Shown here piece after piece: positions 50,347 to 61,752 of a DNA stretch of 64,000 nucleotides; position 1 is the first letter of the stretch; each line of letters opens with the position of its first letter. A program made the translations under genes and the position numbers. The notes under the pieces are model-generated. The model saw nothing but the letters and a program-made list of their open reading frames with translations, had not been told where the DNA came from and searched no databases. Source of the stretch: Nemertoderma westbladi. Its lineage: Eukaryota > Animalia > Xenacoelomorpha. The stretch is taken from assembly GCA_032718475.1 (NCBI GenBank), contig JAUCBJ010004224.1:121081-185080 (forward strand), read 5' to 3'.

Positions 50347-50753
50347 CTCTGGATGGCACATTCACAAGAATGCTACGCCGGGTTCATTGTGTCAAGTACA
50401 ATGCACACATCTCCAACCAGGCACTATATAACATTGGAGGTGTCTCATTGGTTCCCCCAAGCTTGACACTAGAACAAAATTGCCTCCGCTTTGCAGGACA
50501 TTGCTTTCGGCGTGAGGACCAGCCAGTGCATAATCTTGTACTTTGGCAGCCTCATGGAGTGAATAAGCATGGTGGACTGGACAGCCCATGACTTTCTTGA
50601 GACGCATCTTAAAGGACACTGGTCTTGAAGATGCGGATGATCTAGCAAATGTCATGGGTGATAGGGAGTTGTGGCGGCGCAATTTTGTCGACAAGCCGGC
50701 ACAGCATTCTTAAAAATGCAGCTGCAATGCAGCATGCCGATACTAGTAGTAGT
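50347..50753 (+). mobile_element. RTE family 1, 3' fragment
   Basis: Matches the 3' end of the other copies; (TAG)n tail; shares a 5-bp TGGAC duplication with the 10.2-kb copy. Confidence 0.92.
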
Positions 50754-51816
50754 ACATTCCTATTAACGTCCACACGTCCATTCTTGCATCTGCACATGCA
50801 GACTCACTGCAACACATACTGATTGTCTGATATTGCTGCAATGCCGCTATTTTATACTGATTTATGCGGTTATATTCTGTTGTAATTTGTCACATATGGA
50901 TTTATGTTAATAGTTGGAGAATACTTACGAATAACCGGTAGATCTCTTGGTTTTCATGATCATTGAGGTAAGCGGAGGGGTTTACTATTCACAATTGCAT
51001 AGCTCAAATAACAGTGGTTTGTATGAGTTTATGCTGTTTCATTATATGTTTATGCAAGTAAAATTGGTAAAGGCATCATATCTGGCTCAAAATTCAATAT
51101 TTGAAGTGGGGTTGCAATATTTAAAAATACTGCAAAATATTGACACAGTTCAGTTAAAATATTTTCACAGCGCAATATAATATTGACACAGTACAATATA
51201 ATATTGACACAGTACAATATAATATTGACAGTACAATATAATATTGACACAGTACAATATTTATTATATTGAGATTGAGATTATTTATTGCACAATAAAA
51301 TTTCGACGAAAATAGCGTAAATATACATACATATAGTTACATATAACACATAAGGCAATTAATTTTACATTTATTACATCTTTAAAAAAAAAATTGCCAT
51401 GCATAAAAAGTTAAAAAACCATCATAAAATTATTTTGTAGGTAACAAATATCCTTTAGTATCAAATAACATTTAAATACTTCTGTCAAAGAACAAGCAGA
51501 GAATGTGTTACTATCTATATATGAGATAAAAAAAATTTGTCGTGCTTAATAGGTTTAAAAAAAATTAATCGTAAATTTATAGTGCAGGAGATAGCCTCAT
51601 GAGTTATTCAACTCGTTTACATGGTGGTCCCCGAGAAAAAATATTGCAAATGTATGTCATAATAAGGTATTGCTATATCTATATGAGATAAAAATAATAT
51701 TGCGGAACATCGTATCATATTTAAAAATATTAGTGATAAAATTCTAAATCTTTTAAAATAGGTATCGGCTGATTGTCATTTCGAAAGAGTTTTAAATAAA
51801 ATTTAAAAAGCTTTAA

Positions 51817-52389
51817 TGTGACGGGATCAGGGGATCCCGACTGGTGAATTAAGTTACACGTCACCGCGTTGTTGGAAAGAAGATAGTTTGTTGTTGTTAT
51901 TGTCTTGATATTGTTATAGATTAACGGTATATGACGATATATGATAGCACGGTAATATAGATAATGTAGTTGCAGTACAGCAGTAATGAGATAATCTGAC
52001 AGTAACGGTGACGGTACAAAATGTCACTGTTCCCCACTGTGTGACTGAGATGACTGAAAGGGGCACAAGCACTAACCAGTAATATATTTGATTACCTACT
52101 GTACTTGTGGCCTGATTACTTAGCGGATGCGTTTCCCTGGCTCTGATTGGCCAATAACCTAATTCTCGGCTCACCTCTGTGGGAGTGTTTCCCCCCTCGC
52201 TGCTGTCACTTTCCTCTCCCGGAGGTTTAACCTCTGACCTCCCTTTGTGTGGCCCTTCGGGGTTTGTTGTCCCCGTTTATTGGGTGTGTGATACGAGGTT
52301 AATTGGGGATTAACCTCGTATCCCCAATATTGCTTAAAGGCGCCACTTCCCAACTTTATGGGGTTTGTGCGGAATTGAATCCGCTCACA
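51817..52389. mobile_element. Solo LTR (573 bp) in the LINE 3' UTR
   Basis: TGTGA...TCACA termini; 5-bp TSD TTTAA at 51812-51816 and 52390-52394. Confidence 0.75.
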
Positions 52390-52491
52390 TTTAAAATCAT
52401 CATCTTTTATCGTGGAATTGCCCTAAAGGATAAAATATAAGATATCAAACATAATAAAAAGTTATTTCAATATAAAAGGTTGGGTCGCTTG

Positions 52492-55217
52492 CTAAAAGAA
52501 GATTGCCTGATCATCAGCTGTTATGAGTTTTTCAAAGTAGTGGTCCTTCAACGCATGTTTAAAGCCTTCTAACGTGGGAATACGAGTTATTTCATTAGGG
52601 AGATCATTCCAAAGCCGGGGGCCTCGAAATGATAAAGCTTGTCGGCCGTATTCAGTTTTGCGACTTGGAATAACAGCGTATTGATTTTGTCCATGACGAT
52701 TCTCTCTAACAGAGAATTTAACCATATCTGATAAGTATTCTGGAGCTAGTCCATTGGCTATTCTGAACATATGGGATAGTGTAACATCCGCGAACATTGG
52801 TGGTAATACATCTTCATTCAATGCCACAGTGCCAGGGTGGGTTGGTGGAATCGTTGGTGGGATTGTTGTTATTGTTGGAACTTCTTCAAAGTCATTAGTA
52901 TATAGGAGGAAGAGGGGAGGGGGTAGTATGCCTCCTTGTGGCAAGCCATTATCGTCTAGATCTCCAGTTGAGGAACGAGTGCCATTTATTGATACATATT
53001 GCTTTCTGTTAGCTAGGTATGAAGCAATCCATTCTACTGCAGGTTTGTCAACACCAATATACTTTAATTTCATCAGTAGGATACTGTGATTTATGGTGTC
53101 GAAAGCTTTCCTAAGATCCAGTAACACCATTCCTGTGACTTTACCATTTTCTATTGCATCTCGAACTGCCTCATCCACTAACATTACTGCTGATTCAGTA
53201 GAAAATCCAAGTCTGAAACCTGATTGGAACTTATGGAGTAGACGTTTCCTGATGATATAACGAAGTATACGTATTAGAACGACCCTCTCTATGATCTTCC
53301 CCAGTATAGCAAGCAGAGCTATTGGTCTATAATTCTCAGTAATTAACCGTGGTCCTTTTTATATGCAGGGGCTACCTTGGCTGTCTTCAGGGATTGTGGA
53401 AATTTACTTGTCTTTATTTATAGATTTACAATATGACAAATAATTCTGGCAAGCACCGTTGAACCATCACGGAATAATCTTGGAGGTATACCATCTGGAC
53501 CTGGATTTTTATCTACATGCAGGTCTTTTAGGATTGTATCTACCTCTTCAGTGTCAGTTGGGGTTAAAGAAAATGAGTTGAGTTCCACTCCTTTCTTCAC
53601 GTAGAACTCTCTTACATACTCCTCTCCGTATTTCCCTGTTGGAGTTGGTAATTCACTCACCAAAGACTTTGCAATTGATGTAAAGAATTTATTAAACTCT
53701 TCAGCAATTTCAGAATTGTCATTGCTAGTTGATCCATTCACAGTTAAGCCAATAGAAGAGGAGACTGGAATACTACGTTTTGTTGGCGCACCTATTCGTT
53801 TTAGATTCTTCCATACTTCCTTTGGTTTGTCTTTATTCATTGTTAGATTGTCTTTAATAAAGTTGGTTTTAGATCGTCTAATTACCTTGGTGGCAATATT
53901 TCTTAGTTTTTTAAAGGATAATTCCTTTTCGCGAGTCCGTGAAGCATGGAATTTTCTCATCGCATTGTTTTTTGCTGGTATAGCTTGCCTCACTTCTTTA
54001 TTAACCCAAGGTTCAGTAATTTGGCTCACTCGAATAAGTGTCAATGGGGCGACAGTGTCCAAGGTAGAAAAGAAAGAAAGTTTAGTGGTAGCTATATCTA
54101 GATCTTTTTCATTTAAAATATCTTTGATATTCTGGTTACCTTCCAGACTTATTAACAAAACCCCTTTGGAATAATTTGCATACTTCCTACAATGCTTTGG
54201 TTTAGTCTTTTCACCCTGAATCTTCAATTTGCATCTCTTTCTAGTCACGTATGTTAGATAATGGTCACTTAGACCAATAGCAACAACACCAATTCCATTG
54301 ACAAAATCCTTATTGGAAACAAATATTAAATCGAGAGTTGTGGCTGTTGTCGATGTTACTCTGGTTGGTTCTGTGATTAGTTGGACATACCCTGTTGCAT
54401 CACAATAAGAAGACACCTTTAATCTTGTTTCTACTTCTGGACCTCTAGCAGATAGAGGCAGGCCTTTGCATAAAGTATCATAGTTAAAGTCACCTAGGAT
54501 ATATGTTTCATTATAGATTGGGATATCTTTTAATGCTGATTCAAGTTCGTCAAAGAAGCCAGAAACCCATTGTGGTCGGTAACCAACGCCTATCAAGATT
54601 GGTTTAGTATTTGGCAACCGCAGTTCTCCAAATAGTATTTCTATTTTTCCATTGACAATTGTTTCGGACTTGGGAAATTCTAGTGACTATCTGTAATATA
54701 TTGCAACACCCCCACCATGTCTATTCCTGTCATTCCTGTAAATGCCGAAATTGCTAACATTAATTTCATCATCTAAAATTGTGTTGTCAAGCCAGGTTTC
54801 TGTAACCGCCAAGAAATGTAGATTAGCAGATGACATAATCAATTTAATTTCTGTCATTTTATTTAACAAACTCTGGATGTTTATATGTGCAATATTTATT
54901 CTTCTGACCTTTAAGCAATTTAAGTCTAGGTACGTTGAACACAGTTTGCATGTTGTCAGGTTCGTACTCGACACGTTCGGGGTCTTGGGGGGCATAGTCG
55001 GTGCAGCAGGTATGGTGGCTAATGGGGTCACTGCTGGTGGGGTCACTGGGGTGAGCACTGGCACTGGTGGGGTCACTGGGGAGGGTACTGACGCAGGCAG
55101 GGTTGCTAGAGCAGGAGGTGTAGCGGGTGCCGGCACTGGTGGTGTCGCAGGGGTGGGTGTCGATGCTGACAGGGCCACTGGGGAAGGTCCCGGCTTTGGC
55201 AGGGTGGTGCTATATAG
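52492..55217 (-). pseudogene. LINE ORF2: Pro/Thr-rich leader, APE endonuclease and partial RT
   Basis: ORFs 54687..55178, 53418..54617 and 52492..53184. Confidence 0.85.
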
Positions 55218-56327
55218 TCAGTCCATTCTATCAATTTCCGATACTGATTCATTTTGTACACTGCTTTGCATGCCACCACCATGCTTTGCCAACATTTCTC
55301 GTCTTTTGACTCTCCTGTTATAGGCTTGCTCTCGTTCCAAGGGTGACATGTCTTTATCAAAATAGTATTTAACAGTTTCATACTTAAAATATCGGCGGTG
55401 GATAATAGACATTGCTTTATCCTCTGTGGCAAATGAGAGAAGGATTGGTCGTGGTTTATCATCGGATCGTGGTTTGCCAATACGTTTCAGTGACTGTAGT
55501 GCTAGTTTCTCCCCAAGAGCGGACTCTAGGAATTCGGAATCTTTTTTACGTTGTTTATCGACGTTCGAACCGCCTAGATCCCCCGGAATATTTTGTATTA
55601 TTACATTCAACTTACGTTGTTGTGATTCTCTAATAATTTTCTCTATCCCAGCTGCATCCATCATATTGTTTCTGGGTGAATTAATGTCCTTGGATTGCTC
55701 TAATTTGTTTTCTATAGACTTTAGATTTTGTGTGTTTTTGGAGACCAATTCTGCCCAGGTAGGTATGGTATTAATCTTCAGCGTATCAATCATTTCTAAT
55801 AAACCTTTGATTTTGTCAGCATTTTCTTTATTGGCGACTTCGGATGATTCGACTCTCTTGTGTATATCGTGATGCAAGTAGTTTGCTTTTGCTGCGATCG
55901 CATCTTCAATTGAATCCTGCAACTTTGTGAGTTTCTCATCGGTAGTGGATGTGATTGATGTTAGTTTGCTGTCTAGAGTATGAAGTTTCACATTTACATC
56001 AGTTTTGAGTTCGGTTAAGTCTTTTGTACACTTTTTTGTCACTTTAGCAGCACAACACCCACAGAGGAAATCGATTTGGCCGAAGTCGGTACCATTTGGA
56101 GCGATGCATACCATGTATCGATCGCTGTTGGAGCCACTGCAACCAACTTCAATTTCCGCATAGTTGTCCCCTCTTTCATCGATTGGGAGCTTTCCTTTCG
56201 CCCTCACGGTTGTTTTTTCAGAAGTCTTATTGTTCGGTGTTGTTTCGCATCGCTTAGTCTGACGTATACTTTCGCGGCGGTTTTTCTCACCAATGCTGGT
56301 ACGATTCTGGGAGGTGGCCATGGCCAC
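55218..56327 (-). CDS. LINE ORF1 protein (Cys motif, coiled coil, RRM-like C-terminus)
   Basis: Open 369-aa ORF upstream of ORF2; RKLNVIIQNIP, RIGK......PRPILLSF and D.D.S..ER motifs typical of CR1/L2 ORF1. Confidence 0.8.
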   Translation of the reverse strand: MAMATSQNRTSIGEKNRRESIRQTKRCETTPNNKTSEKTTVRAKGKLPIDERGDNYAEIEVGCSGSNSDRYMVCIAPNGTDFGQIDFLCGCCAAKVTKKCTKDLTELKTDVNVKLHTLDSKLTSITSTTDEKLTKLQDSIEDAIAAKANYLHHDIHKRVESSEVANKENADKIKGLLEMIDTLKINTIPTWAELVSKNTQNLKSIENKLEQSKDINSPRNNMMDAAGIEKIIRESQQRKLNVIIQNIPGDLGGSNVDKQRKKDSEFLESALGEKLALQSLKRIGKPRSDDKPRPILLSFATEDKAMSIIHRRYFKYETVKYYFDKDMSPLEREQAYNRRVKRREMLAKHGGGMQSSVQNESVSEIDRMD

Positions 56328-56957
56328 CTTCTTAATATATAAAACAATATCAATTCAATAATTGATCAATTAAAATTAGTCAATGTAGTAAGTATCAAGT
56401 ATCATACAAAATCAATCAATAAATATATATCAAATATTTTCAAATACCGGTATTAGTTTAGTAGTTTAGTATTCAGCAATTTTTTATGGATGAAGTTATT
56501 CCTGTATTCCAGTACCTTGACACAGTACAGTATAATATTGACGCAGTACAGTTTAAATATTGACACAGTACAGTATAATATTAACACAGTACAGTTTAAA
56601 TATTGACACAGTACAGTATAATATTAACACAGTACAGTATAATATTAACACAGTACAGTTTAAATATTGACACAGTACAGTATAATATTGTCGCAGTACA
56701 ATATGAAATGACAATTCAAATTCCCTCTACCCACACACATCCCATTTGATTGGATATAAAGTGGAATTGTACTTGTACAGCAGTATTGCTGTAACTAAAT
56801 CACTGTACTCCACTGTAGTATGCCTTAGTACAGCACTATAGGCCTACTGCTATATTAAGGCAGTAAATAAATTGGAGATGAGCTGTTGCAACTGTAATTA
56901 AAGGTGTAATATAATGGGTTTGTTCAGAAGTGGAAAAAATGAGAGCGCGTCACCGGG

Positions 56958-57025
56958 GGTTGAACCAGCGCTATACGTACGTTTCGGCCTAACAGGCCTC
57001 ATCAGTAGCGCTAACCAGCTCAGCC
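56958..57025 (-). ncRNA. Type I hammerhead ribozyme, canonical core
   Basis: Minus strand GGCUGAGCU-GGUU-AGCGCUA-CUGAUGA-GGCCUGUUAGGCC-GAAA-CGUACG-UA-UAGCGCU-GGUUCAACC; 7-bp stem I plus bulge and distal helix, G-C closed stem II, palindromic stem III, GUA triplet. Confidence 0.9.
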
Positions 57026-57166
57026 ACTAGCCGTCAGTAAGCTAGCCAGCAGTAAGGATAAGGAATGGTGTAGGGCACTGACATCTGTGTACTTGGTGAG
57101 GTACATAGGATTAACTCCAATCACATAGTATGTATGTGTGGAGAGGGAAATTTGAATTGTCATTTC

Positions 57167-57460
57167 ATATTGTACTGTGTCAATATTATATTGTACTGTG
57201 TCAATATTATATTGTACTGTGTCAATATTATATTGTACTGTGTCAATATTATATTGTACTGTGTCAATATTATATTGTACTGTGTCAATATTATATTGTA
57301 CTGTGTCAATATTATATTGTACTGTGTCAATATTATATTGTACTGTGTCAATATTATATTGTACTGTGTCAATATTATATTGTACTGTGTCAATATTATA
57401 TTGTACTGTGTCAATATTATATTGTACTGTGTCAATATTATATTGTACTGTGTCAATATT
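57167..57460. repeat. 21-bp minisatellite (ATATTGTACTGTGTCAATATT), about 14 copies, part of the right TIR
   Basis: Directly visible; gives 7-aa repeat ORFs in several frames. Confidence 0.95.
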
Positions 57461-58862
57461 TAAACTGAACTGTGTCAATATTTTGTAATTTTTTTGAAAT
57501 ATTGCAACCCCACTTCAAATATTGAATTTTGAGCCAGATATGATGCCATAAAATTGGTGGCTGTTGGCAAATTAATACAATAATTAATAATTATTATTTG
57601 ATTATTATAATTATAATTAATAATTATATTAATTATTTTAATAATAATTATAAATTATAATTATCAATTAATAAATACATCCCTAAAGGATGTAAACATT
57701 TGCGTTTATCTCATGCCCACCCGTTGTAATTAGTATAAGTCATATCTCTGCGTAGTATTTAGAGCACAGCACCTGAAAGGAACTGTCAGTATTTAACAAA
57801 AAATAAGCATATTTTTTAGAGATTATATAGTAAAGATCAATTGAATAATACAAATTGTCCTACGGCTCTTTCTGCCATCGGATCCAGTCTCCCACCTCCT
57901 GTGGGTCATACGCCCGCCGCGCTAGACTGGCTTCGGCTGTGTTCATCTGTATTGGGCTGTCAGATATTAATAGACATATAAATTAGCAGGTTAAACTGTT
58001 AAAGGTCTAAAAGCGCGAACAGAGTGTCAGATATGGGGGGAATATTTTTGATGCATTAAAAATTAATTGATATCCATCTTCTGGGGTTATTTTTATTTTT
58101 ATAGTCTACTAGCTGGCAATACCCGAGGCGGGTTACCCGGTATTTCCCGATAGTTGTATTGCTAGGCCTACTTAATGCAGAATGCAGTACCATTAATGTG
58201 TACCGGTACCGGGCCATATTAAGGGGGTGGCTGGGGGGGCTGCAGCCAGGGGTCTATTGGGGCCTTGCGGTCAAAGTGCGCCACTATATGAAACAAGCAG
58301 GAAACAAATTACTTATATATACATTTTAAAGTAATAATTTTTTGTCAAGGTTTTAAATGCTTCAGATGTGATGTCCGCAATAAATTACTGAGGTTTCCAT
58401 GAATACGGGTATTTGTTGCTAAACATATTTCTACACAAAATTGATGTGGTGCATATTATTTAGGGAAACATATTATTAATAAAGTGCACAGACGAAACAA
58501 AAAACACATGAGTGTCAGTAGGCATAGTAGTTTTTCCTTGGAAAGATAGAGCGATAGTTGTAGTGCCTTCGTTACTATAGCAACACTTCAATAGTTTCTC
58601 TAAAATGTTCATATTTTCGATCAAAATTACCACCAGTTCAAGCCCACCAGTTAATAGCCATTCTGATTGCTAAGCTTTCAAAGAAATTGCTGTAGTCCAT
58701 AGAAACGGGTCATTAATTCAAATTGCCCAAGGTGTCAAAGTCCATAAATCACTTTTTTATGTTAAGAGGGACCCCTAGACACCAAAACATCCAAAAAATG
58801 TAATCCGTCCAAAAATTTTCGGTTGGGCCAAAAAGAGGTACGTGGCTGCCGGACTATAGCGG

Positions 58863-59032
58863 AAATGTTTTGTTATGGTTAACTAATTTCCTTACAAATA
58901 GGCAGCAACGAGTAAAATTAGGAAATAGCTATTCATCCTACATGGCAGTTAAATCTGGTGTACCACAAGGTTCGTGTATCGGGCCACTTATGTATATTTT
59001 ATACATAAATGATTTACCTGATATATTTTCTT
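58863..59032 (+). mobile_element. CR1-like RT fragment
   Basis: W...FL.NRQQRVK...SGVPQGS.IGP..Y..YINDLP, ending abruptly at TACGG. Confidence 0.8.
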
Positions 59033-59138
59033 TACGGCCAAGCAACTTTTTAAATGTGAAAGTGTCCTTTTCAGTGCTAAAGTGTTCTTTTTAGTGTGAA
59101 AATGATCTTTTCAGTGTGAAAATTATCTTTTCATTGTC

Positions 59139-59591
59139 AAAGTGTAAATCTGAAAGTGCGAAAGTGTAAATTTGAAAGTGCGAAAGTGTAAATTTGAAAG
59201 TGCGAAAGTGTAAATTTGAAAGTGCGAAAGTGTAAATTTGAAAGTGCGAAAGTGTAAATTTTAAAGTGCAAAAGTGTAAATTTGAAAGTGCGAAAGTGTA
59301 AATTTGAAAGCGAGAAAGTGTAAATTTGAAAGCGAGAAAGTGTAAATTTGAAAGTGAGAAAGTGTAAATTTGAAAGTGCGAAAGTGTAAATTTGAAAGTG
59401 CGAAAGTGTAAATTTGAAAGTGCGAAAGTGGAAATTTGAAAGTGCGAAAGTGTAAATTTGAAAGTGCGAAAGTGTAAATTTGAAAGTGCGAAAGTGTAAA
59501 TTTGAAAGTGAGAAAGTGTAAATTTGAAAGTGAGAAAGTGTAAATTTGAAAGTGAGAAAGTGTAAATTTGAAAGTGAGAAAGTGTAAATTT
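59139..59591. repeat. 22-bp minisatellite (AAAGTGTAAATTTGAAAGTGCG), about 20 copies
   Basis: Directly visible. Confidence 0.95.
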
Positions 59592-59781
59592 AAATACGAA
59601 TTATGGCGGGAAATTTAAATTCTGATGGGTAAGCCAGACCATGTGCTGTAAAGTATACATAGAGGCCTATCCACTGTACCGGTACATTTGGCATTTAGTA
59701 ATACATAACATAAAACAGTACTATTATTGACATGTCAGCAGAATGCATCCGTACTAATGCGCTGTTGTGGTCTATTCTGTC

Positions 59782-60312
59782 ATGGCGGGATATGACGAAA
59801 TCAAACTAAAAAATTATTTCCGTCAGGGTTTGACATATGTGGAGATTGTAAAGATTATGCGGGTTAGAGAAAATGTCCAAATCAGTGCACGCACGATAAG
59901 AAGACGTCTTAAAGACTTACATTTAGTACGCAGAAACCGTAACATTGACATTGACCAGATCAAAGCAGTGATGAGAAACATTATTCGTGGTTCGGGGTCC
60001 AGTTGGGGTTACCGTCATATGTGGCGCTATCTTAATAAGAAAGGGTTTCCTGTAACCTGTTCTACTGTACAACTACTGCTAAAACTCTTGAACCCAGAAG
60101 CTACTGCATTACGCCAAAAACAGAAACTTAAACGAAGGATGTATTCCAGCCGTGGTCCGAATGCAGCATGGCATACGGATGGGTACGACAAGTTGAAATC
60201 ATATGGGTTCCCAATACATGGGTGTATAGATGGGTGGTCCCGATTTGTATTATGGTTGAAGGTTTGCCGTACAAATAGTGACCCTAACGTTATTTGCAGA
60301 TTTTATTTACCT
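59782..60312 (+). pseudogene. DDE integrase-core transposase, truncated
   Basis: Part of ORF 59767..60546; homology ends at VICRFYL, after which the frame reads into LINE 3' UTR. Confidence 0.8.
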
Positions 60313-61117
60313 AAGTTGAAGTTGAAGTTTTTTATTAACATCGCACATAACAATAACATAAACAGCAAACAGCATATTAAAAACCGGTATATGGAGATTG
60401 TCTGTTTTAAAAATAATGCAACCAACATAATATTAAATATACAGTACAACTGTACAATGTTAGGGATACCCCATGAGGTTATACCTCGTTTCCATGGAGG
60501 TCCCTTTAAATTAAACGGAATTAAACAGGAATCACTTGCAGTTTAACATGCAACTAAATAAAATATGGTAGACCATAGTACAGTACCTACGTAATTAAAA
60601 AAAATATAACAGCAATTCGAAATATGGAAAACACTAAAAAATTAAGTTATATATAAAGAAATAAAACATAAAGACATAGTACATAATTTCAAAAAATAAA
60701 AAAAAATAAAATAAAGTTCTGGTGCAGATAGAAATATAACAGAGCAAATAAATAAAATCTGGTAGACCGTAGTTCAGTTAGAAATTTAAAAAAATAACAG
60801 AAAGAATTTAAAAATAAAGCAGCAAATATGTCATAAAATCGAGTTATGTAAAACATAGGCATAGGCAATAAATATAGCAATAGTTATGAAGTACAGAGAT
60901 ACACACACAAGGAATAAAGTATGGTAGACCGTAATTTAAAAATAAAGCAGCTCGAATAGGTCGTAAAATCGAAATATGTACAACTTAGGTAAAAAGAAAA
61001 TAAATAAAAAAACAATAGTTATGACGTAGTATGTAATTTAAAAAATAAATAAAATAAAGCAGCAAATAGAGCAAATAATTACAACTGAAATTTAACGCAA
61101 AAAATAATTAAGAGTTA
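60313..61117 (-). mobile_element. 3' UTR and tail of an L2/Crack-like LINE
   Basis: (AACTTC)n tail, AATAAA and conserved stem-loop at 60463-60504. Confidence 0.7.
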
Positions 61118-61121
61118 TGTG

Positions 61122-61160
<39 letters not shown>

Positions 61161-61343
61161 GTGTCAAAGGTTATAAGGCATGGCCTAATATATATTCTGT
61201 GTGTGATATATTGGTGGAGGTTGTCCGTACCGGTACGGTTATTCGGTCTTTTGTGTGTGGTTTGTATTCGGTCATATTGCTGGAGTATACTGTTATACAG
61301 TCAGAAGTTATTAGTAAAGAGTTGGAATTAGTTATTTTGACAA

Positions 61344-61354
61344 TGGTAGCAGAG
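61344..61354 (+). promoter_or_regulatory. Primer binding site complementary to initiator tRNA-Met
   Basis: TGGTAGCAGAG one nt after the LTR. Confidence 0.85.
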
Positions 61355-61752
61355 CGTTTTGTCGTCGTATGTATGTTGTAAATTAATTCCTGAATTGCAG
61401 AATTAATTGGTGTATTTTGGATCAAGGACTAGATTTGGATACCGTGTGGCCGGTAGGTACCTGATACCTAGATACACAGTACCGGTAGTACACGGCCGTA
61501 TACAGTAAATCAGTAAATGCTGAAATGTTCAGACTGCGGTAGGCGGCTTATCCACGGATTGACAGATCCGAATGACAGTTCTATGGTAATAATTAAATTT
61601 ATCTAGCTGCTAGCCCACCACTGTAGCAGTGTAGGGCTATTGAATTTATTTATAATAGGCCTACGGCTGCGTGTTTAACAATAAAGTTCTATTGGACTAG
61701 GCCTAGCAGAATCAGCCTACAGGCTTAGGCCTACTCAAACTGCGATACCGGT

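Larger units (their letters stand above)
51268..56516 (-). mobile_element. L2/Crack-like LINE (copy C) with ORF1, ORF2 (deleted after FAD) and long 3' UTR
   Basis: ORF1 55218..56327; ORF2 with HINIQS, VTETWL, GDFN, SDH, DLRKAFDT, GLPQG; 3' stem-loop at 51587-51632; (AATCTC)n tail. Confidence 0.9.
51068..57548. mobile_element. Foldback/MULE-like element with long modular TIRs (21-bp subrepeats); left arm split by a LINE
   Basis: 51072-51260 plus 56517-56740 is the reverse complement of 57130-57547; 9-bp direct repeat TAAAATTGG at 51059-51067 and 57549-57557. Confidence 0.82.
59033..60312 (+). mobile_element. IS3EU-like DNA transposon, left end and 5' part of transposase
   Basis: Begins TACGG; subterminal 22-bp minisatellite; ORF from ATG 59782 with HTH-like N-terminus and WHTDGYDKLK.YGFPIHGCIDGWSR integrase core; interrupted at about 60313. 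Confidence 0.7.

Noticed and set aside
57020-57488. 7-aa repeat ORFs in several frames
   Set aside because: Artefact of a stop-poor 21-bp minisatellite.
35830-58021. ~50-bp inverted similarity between 35830-35880 and 57973-58021 as TIRs of a 22-kb element
   Set aside because: No TSD; more likely two copies of a dispersed repeat.
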